Positions 24,265 through 37,744 of a stretch of DNA of 64,000 nucleotides are shown one piece after another (position 1 is the first letter of the stretch; every line of letters begins with the position of its first letter). Source of the stretch: Selaginella moellendorffii (taxonomy: Eukaryota > Plantae > Lycopodiophyta); NCBI RefSeq assembly GCF_000143415.4, contig NW_003314277.1, forward strand, positions 803,878 to 867,877, read 5' to 3'. Below the pieces are notes generated by a model that worked only from the letters and a program-made list of their open reading frames with translations, was not told the DNA's origin and did no database searches. Both the position numbers and the translations under genes were made by a program.

Positions 24265-25848
24265 GATGCATCATTTCTCCTTGTTTGTTGTTCAGGTCTG
24301 AGATGTGCTCAGTAATTGTTTTAGTGTAAGGAATATACTTAAAATATCAGATTATATTTTTTAAAGAATCAAGAAGGTCAACAAGTTAAAAAGTCAAAAA
24401 AATTATTCCAGACAGTTCCTCTTCTTCGTTGAGCCTGCCCTCTGCAATACGTCTCTAACTATAGAAGTCGTCCATCTCTGGCATCCCCTTCAAGAAAAAA
24501 ATCTCTGGCCTTGATCATCCTCCTGTTCTTGAGCTAGGCTGTCGTCCTCTCACATTGAGGATCTCCCTTGCAGCAGCCAAATACTCCAGCTTGGGCGATC
24601 ATTGTTGCCCGTGACACAATGTCTCTCTTGGGCCCAATCTAGCTCTTGTTCGTCCTATAACCTTGTTAACCGCTTTGAGGAATTCTTAACAGTTTATCCA
24701 GATAAATATTTTAAATTTATATCTATCAATAAGCTACCTAGAGTTTTTCTTTGCTGTAGATTGAAAGGAGGTAGCAGGTCAGCATCAATGAGGGTAAGTC
24801 AAGAAGAAGGTGGAGTTGAACCCACAATCAACTTATATGTGGATTTAAACAGTTTTAAATAGATATGATATAGCTTCAGCTCAAGCCAATCAAGTATCTC
24901 ACTTAGATCAAACAAAAACTGCGAGCGAGCATTCTCCCAGACTCCCTGAATATCTGGGGTTTGTACAACTTAAGGGTTTATTTAGAATATTCATTAATTT
25001 GTTGAGGAAAATTTTTAAAAAATGTACCAAATTATGAAAAGAGGAATAAAAGGAAATAACTAAAAATATTATCCTAATTTTTTATTTTTTTTGGAAACCC
25101 TAAAAAACACATAATTTAGTGCCCTAATGACCGATTTTTAAAGTGTTTTTAGAGTGGGATAAAAGAACCTTTAAATTGCACACCCATCAAAACTTTAATG
25201 ACCTGTAGAACTATGGAGTTTTATCTCCAATGCTTGATAGGTTGTCTTAGCTGGGCAGGAGATGATGTTCCTCTTCTTTGTTTGCACTAGAGAAATTTGA
25301 GATTTCACTCATTGTGAATCATTAATATGATATAATTATATGAAATCTTTATTGGCAATCTCAACTTATGTGGCAAAGCGATATGTGCCAAATAATGGTA
25401 TTTTTGAAGCCCTACAGTGAGGCCAGTTACTTGAAATTACTACGCTGATAGGCACTAGCATTTCTAGGAGAATACTAATTCAGTAATTAACAATCTCTTT
25501 TGATTTTTCAAGATTTTACAAGAGTTTCATTTGAATTTCATTAACTATGAAATTCAATTTTTCTCTACTGTGGAGTTTGATCAAGGTTTACTTGACTCAA
25601 ATCTTTCTTTCTCCTTGACTGCATTGCTTTACTTGCGGGAAGTGACAGGATGGAATTTTACAAGCATTTTGAAGGATTGGTGCTCCCAGTGATAGATAGG
25701 CCGCAAAGACAAATGGCCTTCATTGACTGATTCTTGCTTTCATACCACCAAGTAACATAGGGTTTGTCAACCCACCAATATACTAATTATTAAATCATTT
25801 TATTGACGATAAGTCTTTGAGAGCTTTCACCACCAAGTACTCGAGATC

Positions 25849-28263
25849 ATGAAGTTCGTCCTCCTCGCCCTCCTCTTTTCTCTCAACTTGCATCTTGTAA
25901 GATCTCTAGTAGAATGCGATGCGAGTGGCTGCGAGCTCAAGAACTATCTCAGAGGTCCATGGCCAGATCGCAGGCCTTGCAAGATCACCAAGGCGTTCTT
26001 CCCGACCAACGAGGCCGAGCTCCTCGACGCCGTGGCCTACGCAGTCAAGAGCAAGCAGAAGATCAAAGTGGTAAGCAGGGAGGCACATACCATGACCAAA
26101 TTCGCGTGTCCAAACTCCGGATCCGACACAGGGGGGGTTGTCATCAGCACCGCTAGCTTCAACTCCAACTCGAGCGTCGTTGTCGACAAGAGCTCTATGA
26201 CGGTCTCCACACCCCCTGGAATCATGCTTGGCGAGCTTATCGATCTCCTGGCGATGCAAGGCGTGACTTTGCACCAGACCATCGCCTGGGACGGCGTGTC
26301 GCCGGCGGGCATGGTGAGCGCGGGGGCCCATGGCAGCAGCCTTTGGGGTCGCGGCGGAGGAACTTACGAGTACCTCGTGTCCATGAGAATCGTCGTTCCG
26401 GCCTCCAAGAACGAAGGCTTTGCTAAAGTTGTCACGGTCGCGGAGGGGAGTGATCTGTTCCACGACGCCAGGATCTCGCTGGGAGTTCTTGGAGCTGTTT
26501 CCCAGCTGACGTTCTCCGTACAGCCCATGACGAAGAGGTCTGTGACGCTGTCGGTGGCGGACGATGCGTCTCTGGAAGAGGACTTCTTGACACTGGCTCG
26601 GGAGCGCGAGTTTGCGGAAGTGTCGTGGTACAGCTCGCAGAAGAAATTTGGGAAGAAATGCACAATACAGCACGCTCACTCCTTGCTTCCTCCGTGGCGC
26701 TTAGTCACGCCCAGCTCTGCACCCTAAATGTTTAACGCTAAATTTTAATTAGTAGATGCTGTTAACGGATATGTTAAGGACTATAATTTTATAATTAGCC
26801 AGTGAATGAACGGCTATAATTTATAAGTATATAACCTACGATTGGTTTAGGTTTTTCCTCATTGTGTTTTATGTTTGTGCTCCTTATATTTTCTTTCTTA
26901 TTTTATTCATTCTCTTTAGTATTATGGTTAGACTAATTGCTTTGCTTATTTTATTCATTCTCTTTAGTATTGGAATATTCTTTTAGTTTTTGTATTACTG
27001 TTGGTCTTCTTCCACAAGAGAGAGAAAGGAAGCTACATTTAATATTCTATGTAGTCATATTAAGCTATACAATCAAGATAATGCTGTTATAGTAGAATAA
27101 ATAATATATTTGATTTTGTACTTTTAAATACTTAAAAATAGTTGAAAATAATATACAGTAATGAGGTGGCATGTGCATGTAAGCAATGAGGTGGCATGCA
27201 AATCCAAATAAGCAAACGGGGCCCACCCTAAATAAAGGGGGGTCATTCTACCCGAAATTTGTGTCGAGGATCGATGACAAAGCGCCACTCTCGGTGCCAG
27301 GAAATGGCGCTGCAGCTCTGTTTCTTCCCGTCCAGGCTGCTGCTGCCAGGAGTTCAAGTCCTCTATATCCCTGTCCCGGATTTTCCTTTCCTTTCGTGCT
27401 CTCCGACTGATCTTAAAATTGAATGTTTTCCAGAAGAAGCAGCTGAAGCGATTGGGAATTCAACCTTCTTCTGCTCCGTTGCTAAGAACACCGTAAACAC
27501 CATTACTTCCACGGGTGGCGCATTATTCAATGATGAGCAGCAGCAACATTTCTCGGGATTCCCTGTGGTCGGATACTTCCACAAGTTTCAAGCTCGAGGA
27601 GGCTGCCAGTACACCTACAGCAACTCCACCAATTTGGCTCTTCCGGAGTCTGAGAGGCTCGTCTGCGGCCAGGACTTCCGAGCATATGGCCAATTCTGGT
27701 TCCACGTCTCGGTATCTATCTCCATCAGCGACGTCGGCAGCTTTATCCGGGACGTGAAGCAGTTGAGAGACTTATCACCAGAACGTCTTTGTCTGCTTGA
27801 TACTACCCTTAGATTCTTGAAAGCTTCTCAGGCTTACCTTGGACCGAAGAATGACGCGGCACAGATTGAGTTCATTACGTTCCGAGACAGGAGGCCAGGG
27901 GAACCACAGACGTACGAGGACGTTGCTGAGGAGATAGAGCAGCTCTTACTGTTTAAGTATAACAGGAAGCCACACTTCGGGAAGAACAGGCCACATGCAT
28001 TCCGGGACATTGGAAGGAAGACAAATAATTTGTCTAAGTTTCTTTTGGCAAGGAATAAGTTGGATCCACAAGGATGGTTTTCAAGTGATTGGCCTGACTC
28101 AGTGCTGGGAATTCGAGGAAGCCCGGTGACCACAAATGATGGATGTGCTTTGGAAGGACTGTGTGTTTGCAGCGAAGCCAGGCACTGTGCTCCAGACAAA
28201 GGATAGTTTTGCAGACCAGGAGTTGTTTATCGCGAGGCAAGAGTCTGCAGCAATAGAAGTTAA
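25849..28263 (+). pseudogene. GULLO-like copy 3, disrupted
   Basis: About 603-bp insertion in exon 1; a 13-bp deletion removes the splice donor (agttcaagtc vs agttcaagactgagccgtcagtc); small deletions; premature TAG at 28204. Confidence 0.9.
26651..27253. mobile_element. Non-autonomous DNA transposon (Mutator- or hAT-like) in GULLO copy 3
   Basis: TSD GAAATTTG (26643-26650 and 27254-27261); short imperfect TIRs (G)GGAAGAAATG / CATTCTACCC; AT-rich non-coding interior. Confidence 0.75.
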
Positions 28264-29705
28264 GATGCATCATTTCTCCTTGTTTGTTGTTCAGTTCTGA
28301 GATGTGCTCAGCAATTGTTTTAGTGTAAGGAATATACTTAAAATAAAAGTCATTCCAGACAGTTCCACTTCTTTGTTGAACCTGCTTTCTGCAATACGTC
28401 TGTAACCATAGAAGTCGTCCATCTCTGGCATCCCTTCAAGAGAAAAATCTCTGGCCTTGATCATCCTCCTGTTCTTGAGCTAGGCCGTGAGAGATGCGTC
28501 CTCTCACATTGAAGATCTCCCTTGCGGCAACAATCTCCAGTTTGGGCGACCATTGTTGTCCATGACACGATGCCTCTTGGGCTCAATCTAGCCTTGTTAA
28601 CCGCTTTGAGGAACTTTTCAGATAAATATTTAAATTTATATCTATCAATAAGCTGCCTAGATTTTTTCCTTGCTGTAGATTGAAAGGAAGAGGAGGAGGC
28701 TAAGGTAGCAGGCCAGCATCAAGTGAGGGTAGGTCAAGAAGAAGGTGGAGTTGAACCCACAATCAACTTATATGTGGATTTAAACAGCTTTAAATAGATA
28801 TAAATTAGTTTCAGCTCAAGCCCATCAAACAAAAACTACGAGCATGCATTCTGAATATCTGGGGTTTATACTAAAAGTTTGTGAGTGTGTACAACTTAAG
28901 TCTAGGGCACCCAAAATATTCCATTCAGTCATATTAGGCAAACATGAAAAAACACCATTTGGTACCGAATGGTGTTTTTTGGGTTATAATTGGAAGCAAG
29001 CAATTTGTACACCATTTACAAGCACAATTAAGAGAAGATTGAGTTGTTGTTTTTGTCATAGAGTCAAAAAAGGCTTAAAGCTATATTAAGTGTTTCAAGT
29101 GTGTTATGATTATAGATTTCAAGTTGCGGTGATCTCCATAGTTTTGCAGAAGAAAGTTTTTATAAATTTCAATTTTATGATATAATGACTTATTTTGGAG
29201 AGACTTGAATGCTCAAACTTGAATAACTCATATGATGAAATTGTATGATTTAATAATATGTCCTTTAAAAGTATAAATAACAATGAGAATGTGTGCTAAC
29301 ATGCTAGATGTTCTTTTGAATAAGGGATTTCCAGAAAGGTTTTAGCATAGACTCTGTAAACATCATAATCATGCAAAATGAGAAACATTTTGTGTTTAAA
29401 TTTTTTATAAGTGATTAATAACTATATATTTTAAGTATATGCTCCGAATATATGCTGAGGTGGCTGCTGCCGTAATTAAATTGCACATCATAACCCATCT
29501 ATAGGACATGCATGGGATATTCATTTCACAAATTGCACACCATACTAACTACTCTTTGCTAGCCAGTGTAGGCTTTGTCAACCAACCAGCATTTATTTCT
29601 AATATACTAATTATCAAATGATTTCACTGACGTAAGTCAAGGTGGCATTTGATAGAAAATGATCCATAAATCTTTGAGAGCTTTCACCAACAAGTACTCG
29701 AGATC

Positions 29706-31549
29706 ATGAAGTTCGTCCTCCTCGCCCTCCTCTTTTCTCTCAACTTGCATCTTGTAAGATCTCTAGTAGAATGCGATGCGAGTGGCTGCGAGCTCAAGAA
29801 CTATCTCAGAGGTCCATGGCCAGATCGCAGGCCTTGCAAGATCACCAAGGCGTTCTTCCCGACCAACGAGGCCGAGCTCCTCGACGCCGTGGCCTACGCA
29901 GTCAAGAGCAAGCAGAAGATCAAAGTGATAAGCAGGGAGGCACATACCATGACCAAATTCGCGTGTCCAAACTCCGGATCCGACACAGGGGGAGTTGTCA
30001 TCAGCACCGCTAGCTTCAACTCCAACTCGAGCGTCGTCGTCGACAAGAGCTCCATGACGGCCTCCACACCCCCTGGAATCATGCTTGGCGAGCTCATGGA
30101 TCTCCTGGCGATGCAAGGCGTGACTTTGCACCAGACCATCGACTGGGACGGCGCGTCGCCAGCGGGCATGGTGAGCACGGGGGCTCACGGCAGCAGCCTG
30201 TGGAGTCGCGGCGGAGGAACTTACGAGTACCTCGTGTCCATGAGAATCGTCGTCCCGGCCTCCGAGAAGGAAGGCTTTGCCAAAGTTGTCACGGTCGCGG
30301 AGGGAGATGACCTGTTCGACGCCGCCAGGATCTCGCTGGGAGTTCTTGGAGCTATTTCCCAGCTGACGTTCTCCGTACAGCCCATGACGAAGAGGTCTGT
30401 GACGCTGTCGGTGGCGGACGATGCGTCGCTGGAGGACGACTTCTTGAGGCTGGCTCGGGAGCACGAGTTTGGGGAAGTGTTGTGGTACAGCTCGCAGAAG
30501 AAATACGTGTGGAGGACCGATGACAGAGCGCCACTCTCGGTGCCAGGAAATGGGGCTTTGATTAGAGTTCCGTTTCTTCCCGTGCAGGCTGCTGCTGCTA
30601 GGAGTTCAAGACTGAGCCGTCAGTTCTCTTTATCCACGTCCCTGTTTCCTTCTTTCCAAATCTTCCTTTCCTGCTGCTTCCGACTGATCTTAAATTGTCT
30701 GTTCCAGAAGAAGCAGCTGAAACGATTGGAAATTCAACCTTCTTTTGCTCCGCGGCTAAGAACACGGTAAACACCATCACTTCCACGGGTGGCGGATTCG
30801 TCAACGATGAGCAGCAGCAACGTTTCTCGGGATTCCCTGTGGTCGGATACTTCCACAAGTTTCAAGCTCGCGGAGGCTGCCAGTACACCTACAGCAACTC
30901 CACCAACTTGGCTCTTCCGGAGTCTGAGAGGCTCGTCTGCGGCTGGGACTTCCGAGCACATGGCCAATTCTGGTTCCACGTCTCGGTATCTATCTCCATC
31001 AGCGATGTTGGCAACTTTATCCGAGACGTGAAGCAGTTGAGAGACTTGTCGCCAGAACGTCTCTGTCTGCTTGACACTTCCATTGCATTACAGATTAGAT
31101 ACTTGAAAGCTTCTCAGGCTTACCTTGGACCGAAGACTGACGCAGCACAGATTGAGTTCATTACATTCCGAGACAGGAGGCCAGGGGAACCACAGACGTA
31201 CGAGGACGTTGCTGAGGAGATAGAGCAGCTTCTACTGTTTAAGTATAACGGGAAGCCACACTTCGGGAAGAACAGGCCGCATGCATTCCGAGACATTGGA
31301 AGGAAGACGAAGAATTTGTCTAAGTTTCTTTCGGCTAGGAGGAAGTTGGATCCACAAGGATGGTTTTCAAGTGATTGGTCTGATGCTGTGCTGGGAATCC
31401 GAGGAAGTCCGGTGACAGCAAAGGATGGATGTGCTTTGGAAGGACTGTGTGTTTGCAGCGAAGCCAGGCACTGTGCTCCAGACAAAGGATATTTTTGCAA
31501 ACCAGGACTTGTTTATCACGAGGCGAGAGTCTGCAGCAATAGAAGTTAA
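29706..31549 (+). CDS. GULLO: Secreted GULLO-like FAD oxidase (copy 4, intact; intron 30619-30707)
   Basis: Same motifs as copy 2, open after splicing. Confidence 0.93.
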
Positions 31550-31819
31550 GAAAAAAAAAGTCATCCAATAAATGGTAAATAAAGTATTTCAAACCTCAGA
31601 AGCTTGATCCCAATTGATACATTAAAACAGAAGGAACAAATTAAGTATCGGAATCACGACGCACGATACCTGCTCAAAGTTGTCGTCGTGAAAGCCAGCC
31701 AACAGGCCGGCTGCACGACGCACGAGTGTGGACTCAAATGATGATAAAGCTTGCATCAAACAATTCTTATTGTGCTCGAGCACGACTGTACAAAACAAAC
31801 TCACAACAACGGAAAGAAC

Positions 31820-33708
31820 TTACGGAATGGGAGAGCTCCGGGTACGCATGAGACCAGTCGGACGGAACTCAGGCGGGGGACGCGGGAGCAATCCAATCGC
31901 CAGAATTCCGCCAAGAAGTGCTGCCGCAGCGGCCAAGAGGAAAGAAGGCATGTTTCCTCCGCCGAAGAGAGCATCCCAGGGACCGCTTCCCAACGAGATC
32001 ATCACCTACACAAGTTTCACACAATTAACGCTCTTCGTTCCTTCTTGGTTCGGCTTCGTTCGGACACTTACCTGAGGTAGCACGACTGCCAAGTTAAGTA
32101 CTCCCATGGACAAGCCTGTTTCATCAACGCGCGCAAAGCTCCTCAGGAGAAAATAAACACGGAAAGCGATCGAAAACGACAGTACCTTGACCACCACCGA
32201 TGGAGCTCGTAAATGTCGCGGTCAGAGCATAAGGGACGCTATACGTGACCTGCACAAAGGCGTGATGAAAGTTAAGAAGCTCTGTAACGGTCATCCCTCT
32301 CTCGTTTTACTCACTGCTAGAGGTGCTCCAAGCACAGCGAAAACGGCAAGTGCAGCGGCTCTCACGGACTTCGGAGGCTGCCTTGGTCCATCCCCGGAGG
32401 TCCTTTCAGCAGCAAGCGTTATGAGCACTGTGAGAGCGAAACATATCGACATAATCACGTTGGCGATCCCCCAGACATTGCTTGCTCCCATCCTCCGGCA
32501 AGATGGTTCTATCAAGAGCGAAGTCAATCCCAGGACCACTGAGTTGAGCATCAGACCGAGAGACCCCGTTCGAACACCCGTATCGTACAAATAAGCGAGC
32601 AGCCTGTTCGAGGAGTTCGGTTCTCCCCTGTAAACTTCCCGTCCCATCCAGTCCGTGTCGAAGAGTAGAAAAGGGAACCAGGCGAACCAGGTTAAGGCCG
32701 TCACCGCCATGATATACCACATTGGTCGTGGAAGTTCCTTAAACGTCCCCAGAAGTTCCCATATAAAAGCCTCCTGGACGGGCTCTTCTTCTTCCTCCTC
32801 CTCTTCCTCGTCATCCGGATTCACACGAGCTACCGAGGTGCTTGGAGTCGTCGCCGTCGTCGTCTTGCCGCTACCATTCTCCTGGTCTGGCAGCAAAGGC
32901 GTCTGCGGCGTTGTGATGCCAAACTTCTCTCCCGCTGTGAGAGGCAACCATGGAATCTCTGCCGCTGCAGTAACGCTCAGCGCTGTCGTAATGAGCAGTA
33001 TGATGATGTCCAGCAAAAACGCCGACTTGAGGTTGGCACACGGTAGCTCGCAGGCCTTCGTTTTCGTGAAAGGAAACAGGCTCGGCCAGCTGTTGTAGGA
33101 GCCTGCTGCAAATCCCAGAATGTTCCCGAGAGCAATGAAAAGCGAGAAGAACGCATTCGCTCGTCTCGTTCTCCGTTGATCCTTTCCTGCGAAACAAAAC
33201 CACACTGTAAGTTCTCACAAAGAAGATGGTATAGCTTGTCACCTGTGAAGTCGGCGAGGAGCGCTCTACAAGGCCCCTGGAGAGTGTTGTTGGCGAGATC
33301 GAGCAGCCAAAACCCGAGGATGAAGACCACGATGGCTCGCGGCCTAGACTTCCCCGAGTCGCCAAGCACGAAGCCCAAGTCCGCCGCGAAAGAGATGATC
33401 ACCACGGCGATGACGACGGACACCGCGCCGAGGAGGATGAAAGGCCTCCTCCTCCCATACTTGCTCTCGCAGTTGTCGCTGTAGTAGCCGACGATGGGCT
33501 GGACCAGCATTCCAGAGATCGGCCCACACAGCCATATGTAGCTCGCGAAAGTGTGAGGAATCCCGAGCTCCTGGACGTAAGGCGTGAGCAAAGAGAGCTG
33601 GAGCGCCCACCCAAACTGGACGCCGGCCGCGACACAAGCCACCCGAGCGAGCGATCGCAGTGGAACCCTGCTGCTCTTCAATCGCCTGGGGCTCCTGGGG
33701 AGATCCAT
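31820..33708 (-). CDS. SUT: Sucrose/H+ symporter (SUT/SUC family), about 5 exons
   Basis: [98 protein letters not shown]. Confidence 0.95.
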
Positions 33709-35083
33709 GCCGCGGCAGCCCTGGCGATCACACAAGCCAATCAATCCATGAGCTCCCTGGCCGATATTTCACGATCGCCCATCGCTACTTCGCGATCGCG
33801 CTATATTTCCAAACCTCAATTCACCGCATGGAAGAAATGCGGAGCTGGATCGTCGCTGGAGCTCCCGCCGCGATGTGGATGGCGGCCGAAGTACTAGGGC
33901 AGGGTTTGGAACACACATGCAATGACGTGGCAGGCCAGGTCATTGACACGTCATCATGCCCTAACTAATCAGCTTTCGTCTCCTTCCCCTCCCGCTAGTT
34001 TTTGACCTAAATTCCGGCATTGGATCACTCGCGAGTGGAGGATTGATCCTTCTTTGGTTTATAATTTTTCTCGATTTTGGTTCTATTTCTGTTCCTTGGA
34101 TCCTGACTGAGCAACGTGTTGTCACGTTAGCCTGCGTCGCTCTCAAACTTTGTGTAGAATCCCAGCATTGGGGCCTCTTTCTTGCGATATCTTACCGGCA
34201 GCACCTATCGATCTAGCAGTCCTCGCCCAATTTTGATGAAGTGGGCTCGACCTGGTTGATCGCGTCCTTCGTTTCCATGGATTCTTATGGCCCAGAACGA
34301 TGCCCGAATATTTACCCCGCCCGTGGATATTCCTCGGATATGCTTCGGCGTTCACATGGTTTTACCAAACTAGAATCTGACACAGGGAAAAAGATAAAAA
34401 GGAGAGAGGGAGGGAGAGAGAGAGAGAGAGAGAGCTCTTGAGCTCTTCATTGCATTGATTCTTCGATCGAATCCTCAAGAACACTGGAGTGACTAGTTTG
34501 ATCTCTCGAAGGGCGCTGGAAAAACTTAAAGAGTGAATCTCGAGTGATGGGTTGTCTAGAAATCCAGGTTTTGTAGATACCCTCCACATTTTTTCGCTGT
34601 TTTATACTTTTTTTTTCTCTCTTTTCCAGAGTGTGCATTGTCCTCTTGCTCCAGAGCTCAGTGAGTGAGTGAGTGTGTGAGTGGTTTGCCTTTTTCTTGT
34701 TCTTGAGTCGGCCCTGTTTTCTCGCTGGTTTAGTCCACTCCACCACTCCAGAGTTACTCCTTCCGGTGATTTGGGGAATTTCTTCTGGCCACCACAATCT
34801 TGTGTTCTTTGGAGCGATGGTGGAATTGGAAGCTTGGAGGAGCTTGGCCGGAGCTTTCTCTGGATTCCGTGAGAGATAAGGTACCTACATTGGGTTTTTT
34901 GGTCGAGTTTCTCCCCCGGATCAAAGACGATCACACGGACATGGAGGGACTTTTCTCGTTTCCAGATCTGTGTGGGAGCTCCATTGATTCGCCCTTGAAT
35001 CTTTCCACGCGGCTCGTTAAGTTGACTGTGCCATCCACAGGTCTTGGGCTTCATTGCATATAGTACTGTTCTACTGGATAGCC

Positions 35084-36919
35084 ATGGGATCAGAAGAACA
35101 GGAGGGAATTCCCATGGAAGAAAATGGTCACGCTCAAGTTTCGCAAGAACACCAAGTAGTTCCAGTGTCCACTCCGGAAGAAATTGTCGAGCGAAGCATC
35201 CAAGTCCAAGCGGTAGAAAACCAAACAGCGCCATCCTCTTCGTCTTCATCCTCGTCGATCTCCTCTTCGGTTCCAGCTGAAAGGTTGGTTTTTTTCTTCT
35301 TTTTTTCTCTATTTTGTACCATGAGCTTATAAGTTTCAGGAAGGTTTCCACCGAAGAGTCTACTGCTATTATTGAATCTCTTAGAGCCAGGCTCTTGTCC
35401 GAGAGAAACTCTTCCAGAGCTGCGAAGCAACACGTCCAACAACTTACGAAAAAGGTGGAAGTTTTTCTCTCTTTTTTTCTTGTGCTGTGTTCTTATATTC
35501 GAGCTCACGGGTTTTCTCGCAGGTGAAAGAGTTGGAACGAAGCCTGGAAGCCGAGATCCATCACCGAAAGAGATGCGAGGACGTGATCCAAGAGCTACTG
35601 CTCAAGCTGGACGAGGCCGGAGTGAAGCTGGCCCCGGAAAACTCCAACTCAGCCAGCGACGATGCACAACTAGACGATGACGACGAGGAGCAAGCAACCG
35701 CATCCAAGAAATCCAAGCCAAACTGGATCGGCGTCGCCAAGCGACACTACTCGGACATGGAAGGTGATACGATCGAGCAAAGCAGCCCCTCGGAATCGCC
35801 AGTCTCGGACTCTTCGCTCGTCCCAAGACGAGTGGGAAGATCATGTCGAACTCTCCGAAGGAAGGAAGCATGGTATTCCAAACTCTCTTTCACTTTTCCT
35901 TGCCTGGTTTTCTATGATCCTATCCTTCTATTGTTCCAGGGAACTTGGAGTTGACGAACAAGTGAAAAACTCCTGGACGAAAGTTGGAGCCGACGTTGTC
36001 GAGCTTGCGAAGATCCGGGAGGTGGCGGGGAGCGAGAGTGGATGGCTGGCCCGTGTCATGGATCTGTTTGAGAGCAAATCTTGGAGTGGAGAACAGCTCG
36101 TTTTCGACAAAGTTGATCAGCAGCAGCAAGAGATTTCCACTGCGTCTCCGGAAAGCGATGGCAGCAGTAGCAGTAGCAGCAGCAGCAGCAGCGGCAGCAG
36201 CGTTGTTGGTATGGAGGCCAGCGCCACGAACGTCAAGAACAGCGGGATTTCTGGCGAGAACTTTAATGCTCCTCACGATCACGACCCGAGTGACGGTGGA
36301 CTCCAGGTACTTTGTGTCGTTTGCTACTGCCAAGTTTGTACGATGCCCTTGTTTTCATTGTCAGGCTGTTACCACCAACAACGCGGGATCGAGCGGAGAA
36401 ATCATTCAAACTTCTCCCGAAGTTCACGAAGAACAAGCTTGCATGGGAGGAGAAGAAGCAGCGGTTTCTTGTAGCCAACAGGAGCCACCGGTTTCCACCG
36501 AAGAAACGCTCAAGGTTTCGGAGAGTTTAGAATCTGGGGTGAGATCACAGGGAAACGAGGCTAGAAATCTTCAGACAGGAGAGCAAAGCTCTACGCAATC
36601 TTCGTCTTCAAATGGTTTCGGCGCTCCTGGTAACACCAGCGTGGAAGACATTCTAAGAGCTTTAAGGATTGCCAAGAACCAAGTTTTAGCGGTAGCAGGG
36701 AAGCATGGAGGCTTTGTTCAAAGTGGTGGTGGCGCAGAGTTTCCGACGAGCATTGCTTCTTACAATGTGGAGTGGCAGCCGAGAGGTGAGAGTGGGGGCA
36801 ATGGGTTTGTGGTAACCAGACCTCTAGCTCGGTTTGTTCATGCTGCTGCTCCCCAAGGCTACCATCAGCAGCACCACCACATGAATTTCGAAGCTCATAA
36901 TGTCTTGTCAAATAGGTGA
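35084..36919 (+). CDS. Conserved plant coiled-coil protein of unknown function, multi-exon
   Basis: The block IIESLRARLLSERNSSRAAKQ...KVKELERSLE..IHHRKRCE and the GRSCR motif resemble an uncharacterised land-plant family. Short GT-AG introns; poly-Ser (AGC)n tract; upstream (GA)n in the probable 5' region. Confidence 0.75.
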
Positions 36920-37744
36920 GGCTCGCCACTGCCATGTTTTAGAAGTAGAACTCATCTCAATGGATAATTGAAAGATTGTACTTGGGTTTAAAGTTTAGGG
37001 TTTAAAAATATAGTTTGCATTTTGGCTCTTCAGCAAGTTTATGTATCACTTAATTTTCTTGTATTTTATTTTTGGTTTGCTTAAGCGAAGGGGGTAATGA
37101 ACATACCTAGAATGTGCTTGGATATTTTAAGATATTCTACCATTTAACGGTATTTATAAACATGTTTATAATTTATAAAATTCTTAAACCCTTTCTAGTA
37201 TATTCTTTTTTATTTACAATAAGATTAATCTTGTGTTTATAAATTATTATAATATAAACTTTATTTGATCAATTAGATTAATAAGTAAAAATAAAACTAC
37301 CATTAAGCAAACCAAGTGTTGCTACATACAATGCATAGCAATTTTTTAAGGAAATGCTACCAGCATTAAATGAAGAAAAAAGAAATAAAAATAGTTTTAA
37401 ATGAGAAAATTCAATAAATATATTCTAACACAGTGAATTTCTTAAAATCTATTGGAAATGAGTTTATTAGTGTGGATAATATGGTTTAAATCATATAACT
37501 AACAAGTTTTAATATCAAATTCATCCTCACATTGCCATGAAACAGCATGCTCCTGAGAAATCAAAGCGATCAAACCAAGCCAGTATTGCAGCGCATTCCA
37601 GCAGATTGCATTCCTTCCAGTGATCCGATCAAAGCACTGTTCCGCACTCTTGGCCTTGCCAATCTTCTATAAACCACAACGATCGGTGCCATGTGGTACC
37701 CTTCACATGGATCAGCCCTGTCTTGAGCTGTTCGCTCCACCCTT

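Noticed and set aside
1327-33708. Possible biosynthetic gene cluster (P450 + oxidases + sugar transporter)
   Set aside because: No scaffold-forming enzyme, unrelated genes are interspersed, and there is no co-expression evidence.
36983-37005. Telomere-like GGGTTTA motifs
   Set aside because: Only 2-3 degenerate units, not an interstitial telomeric array.
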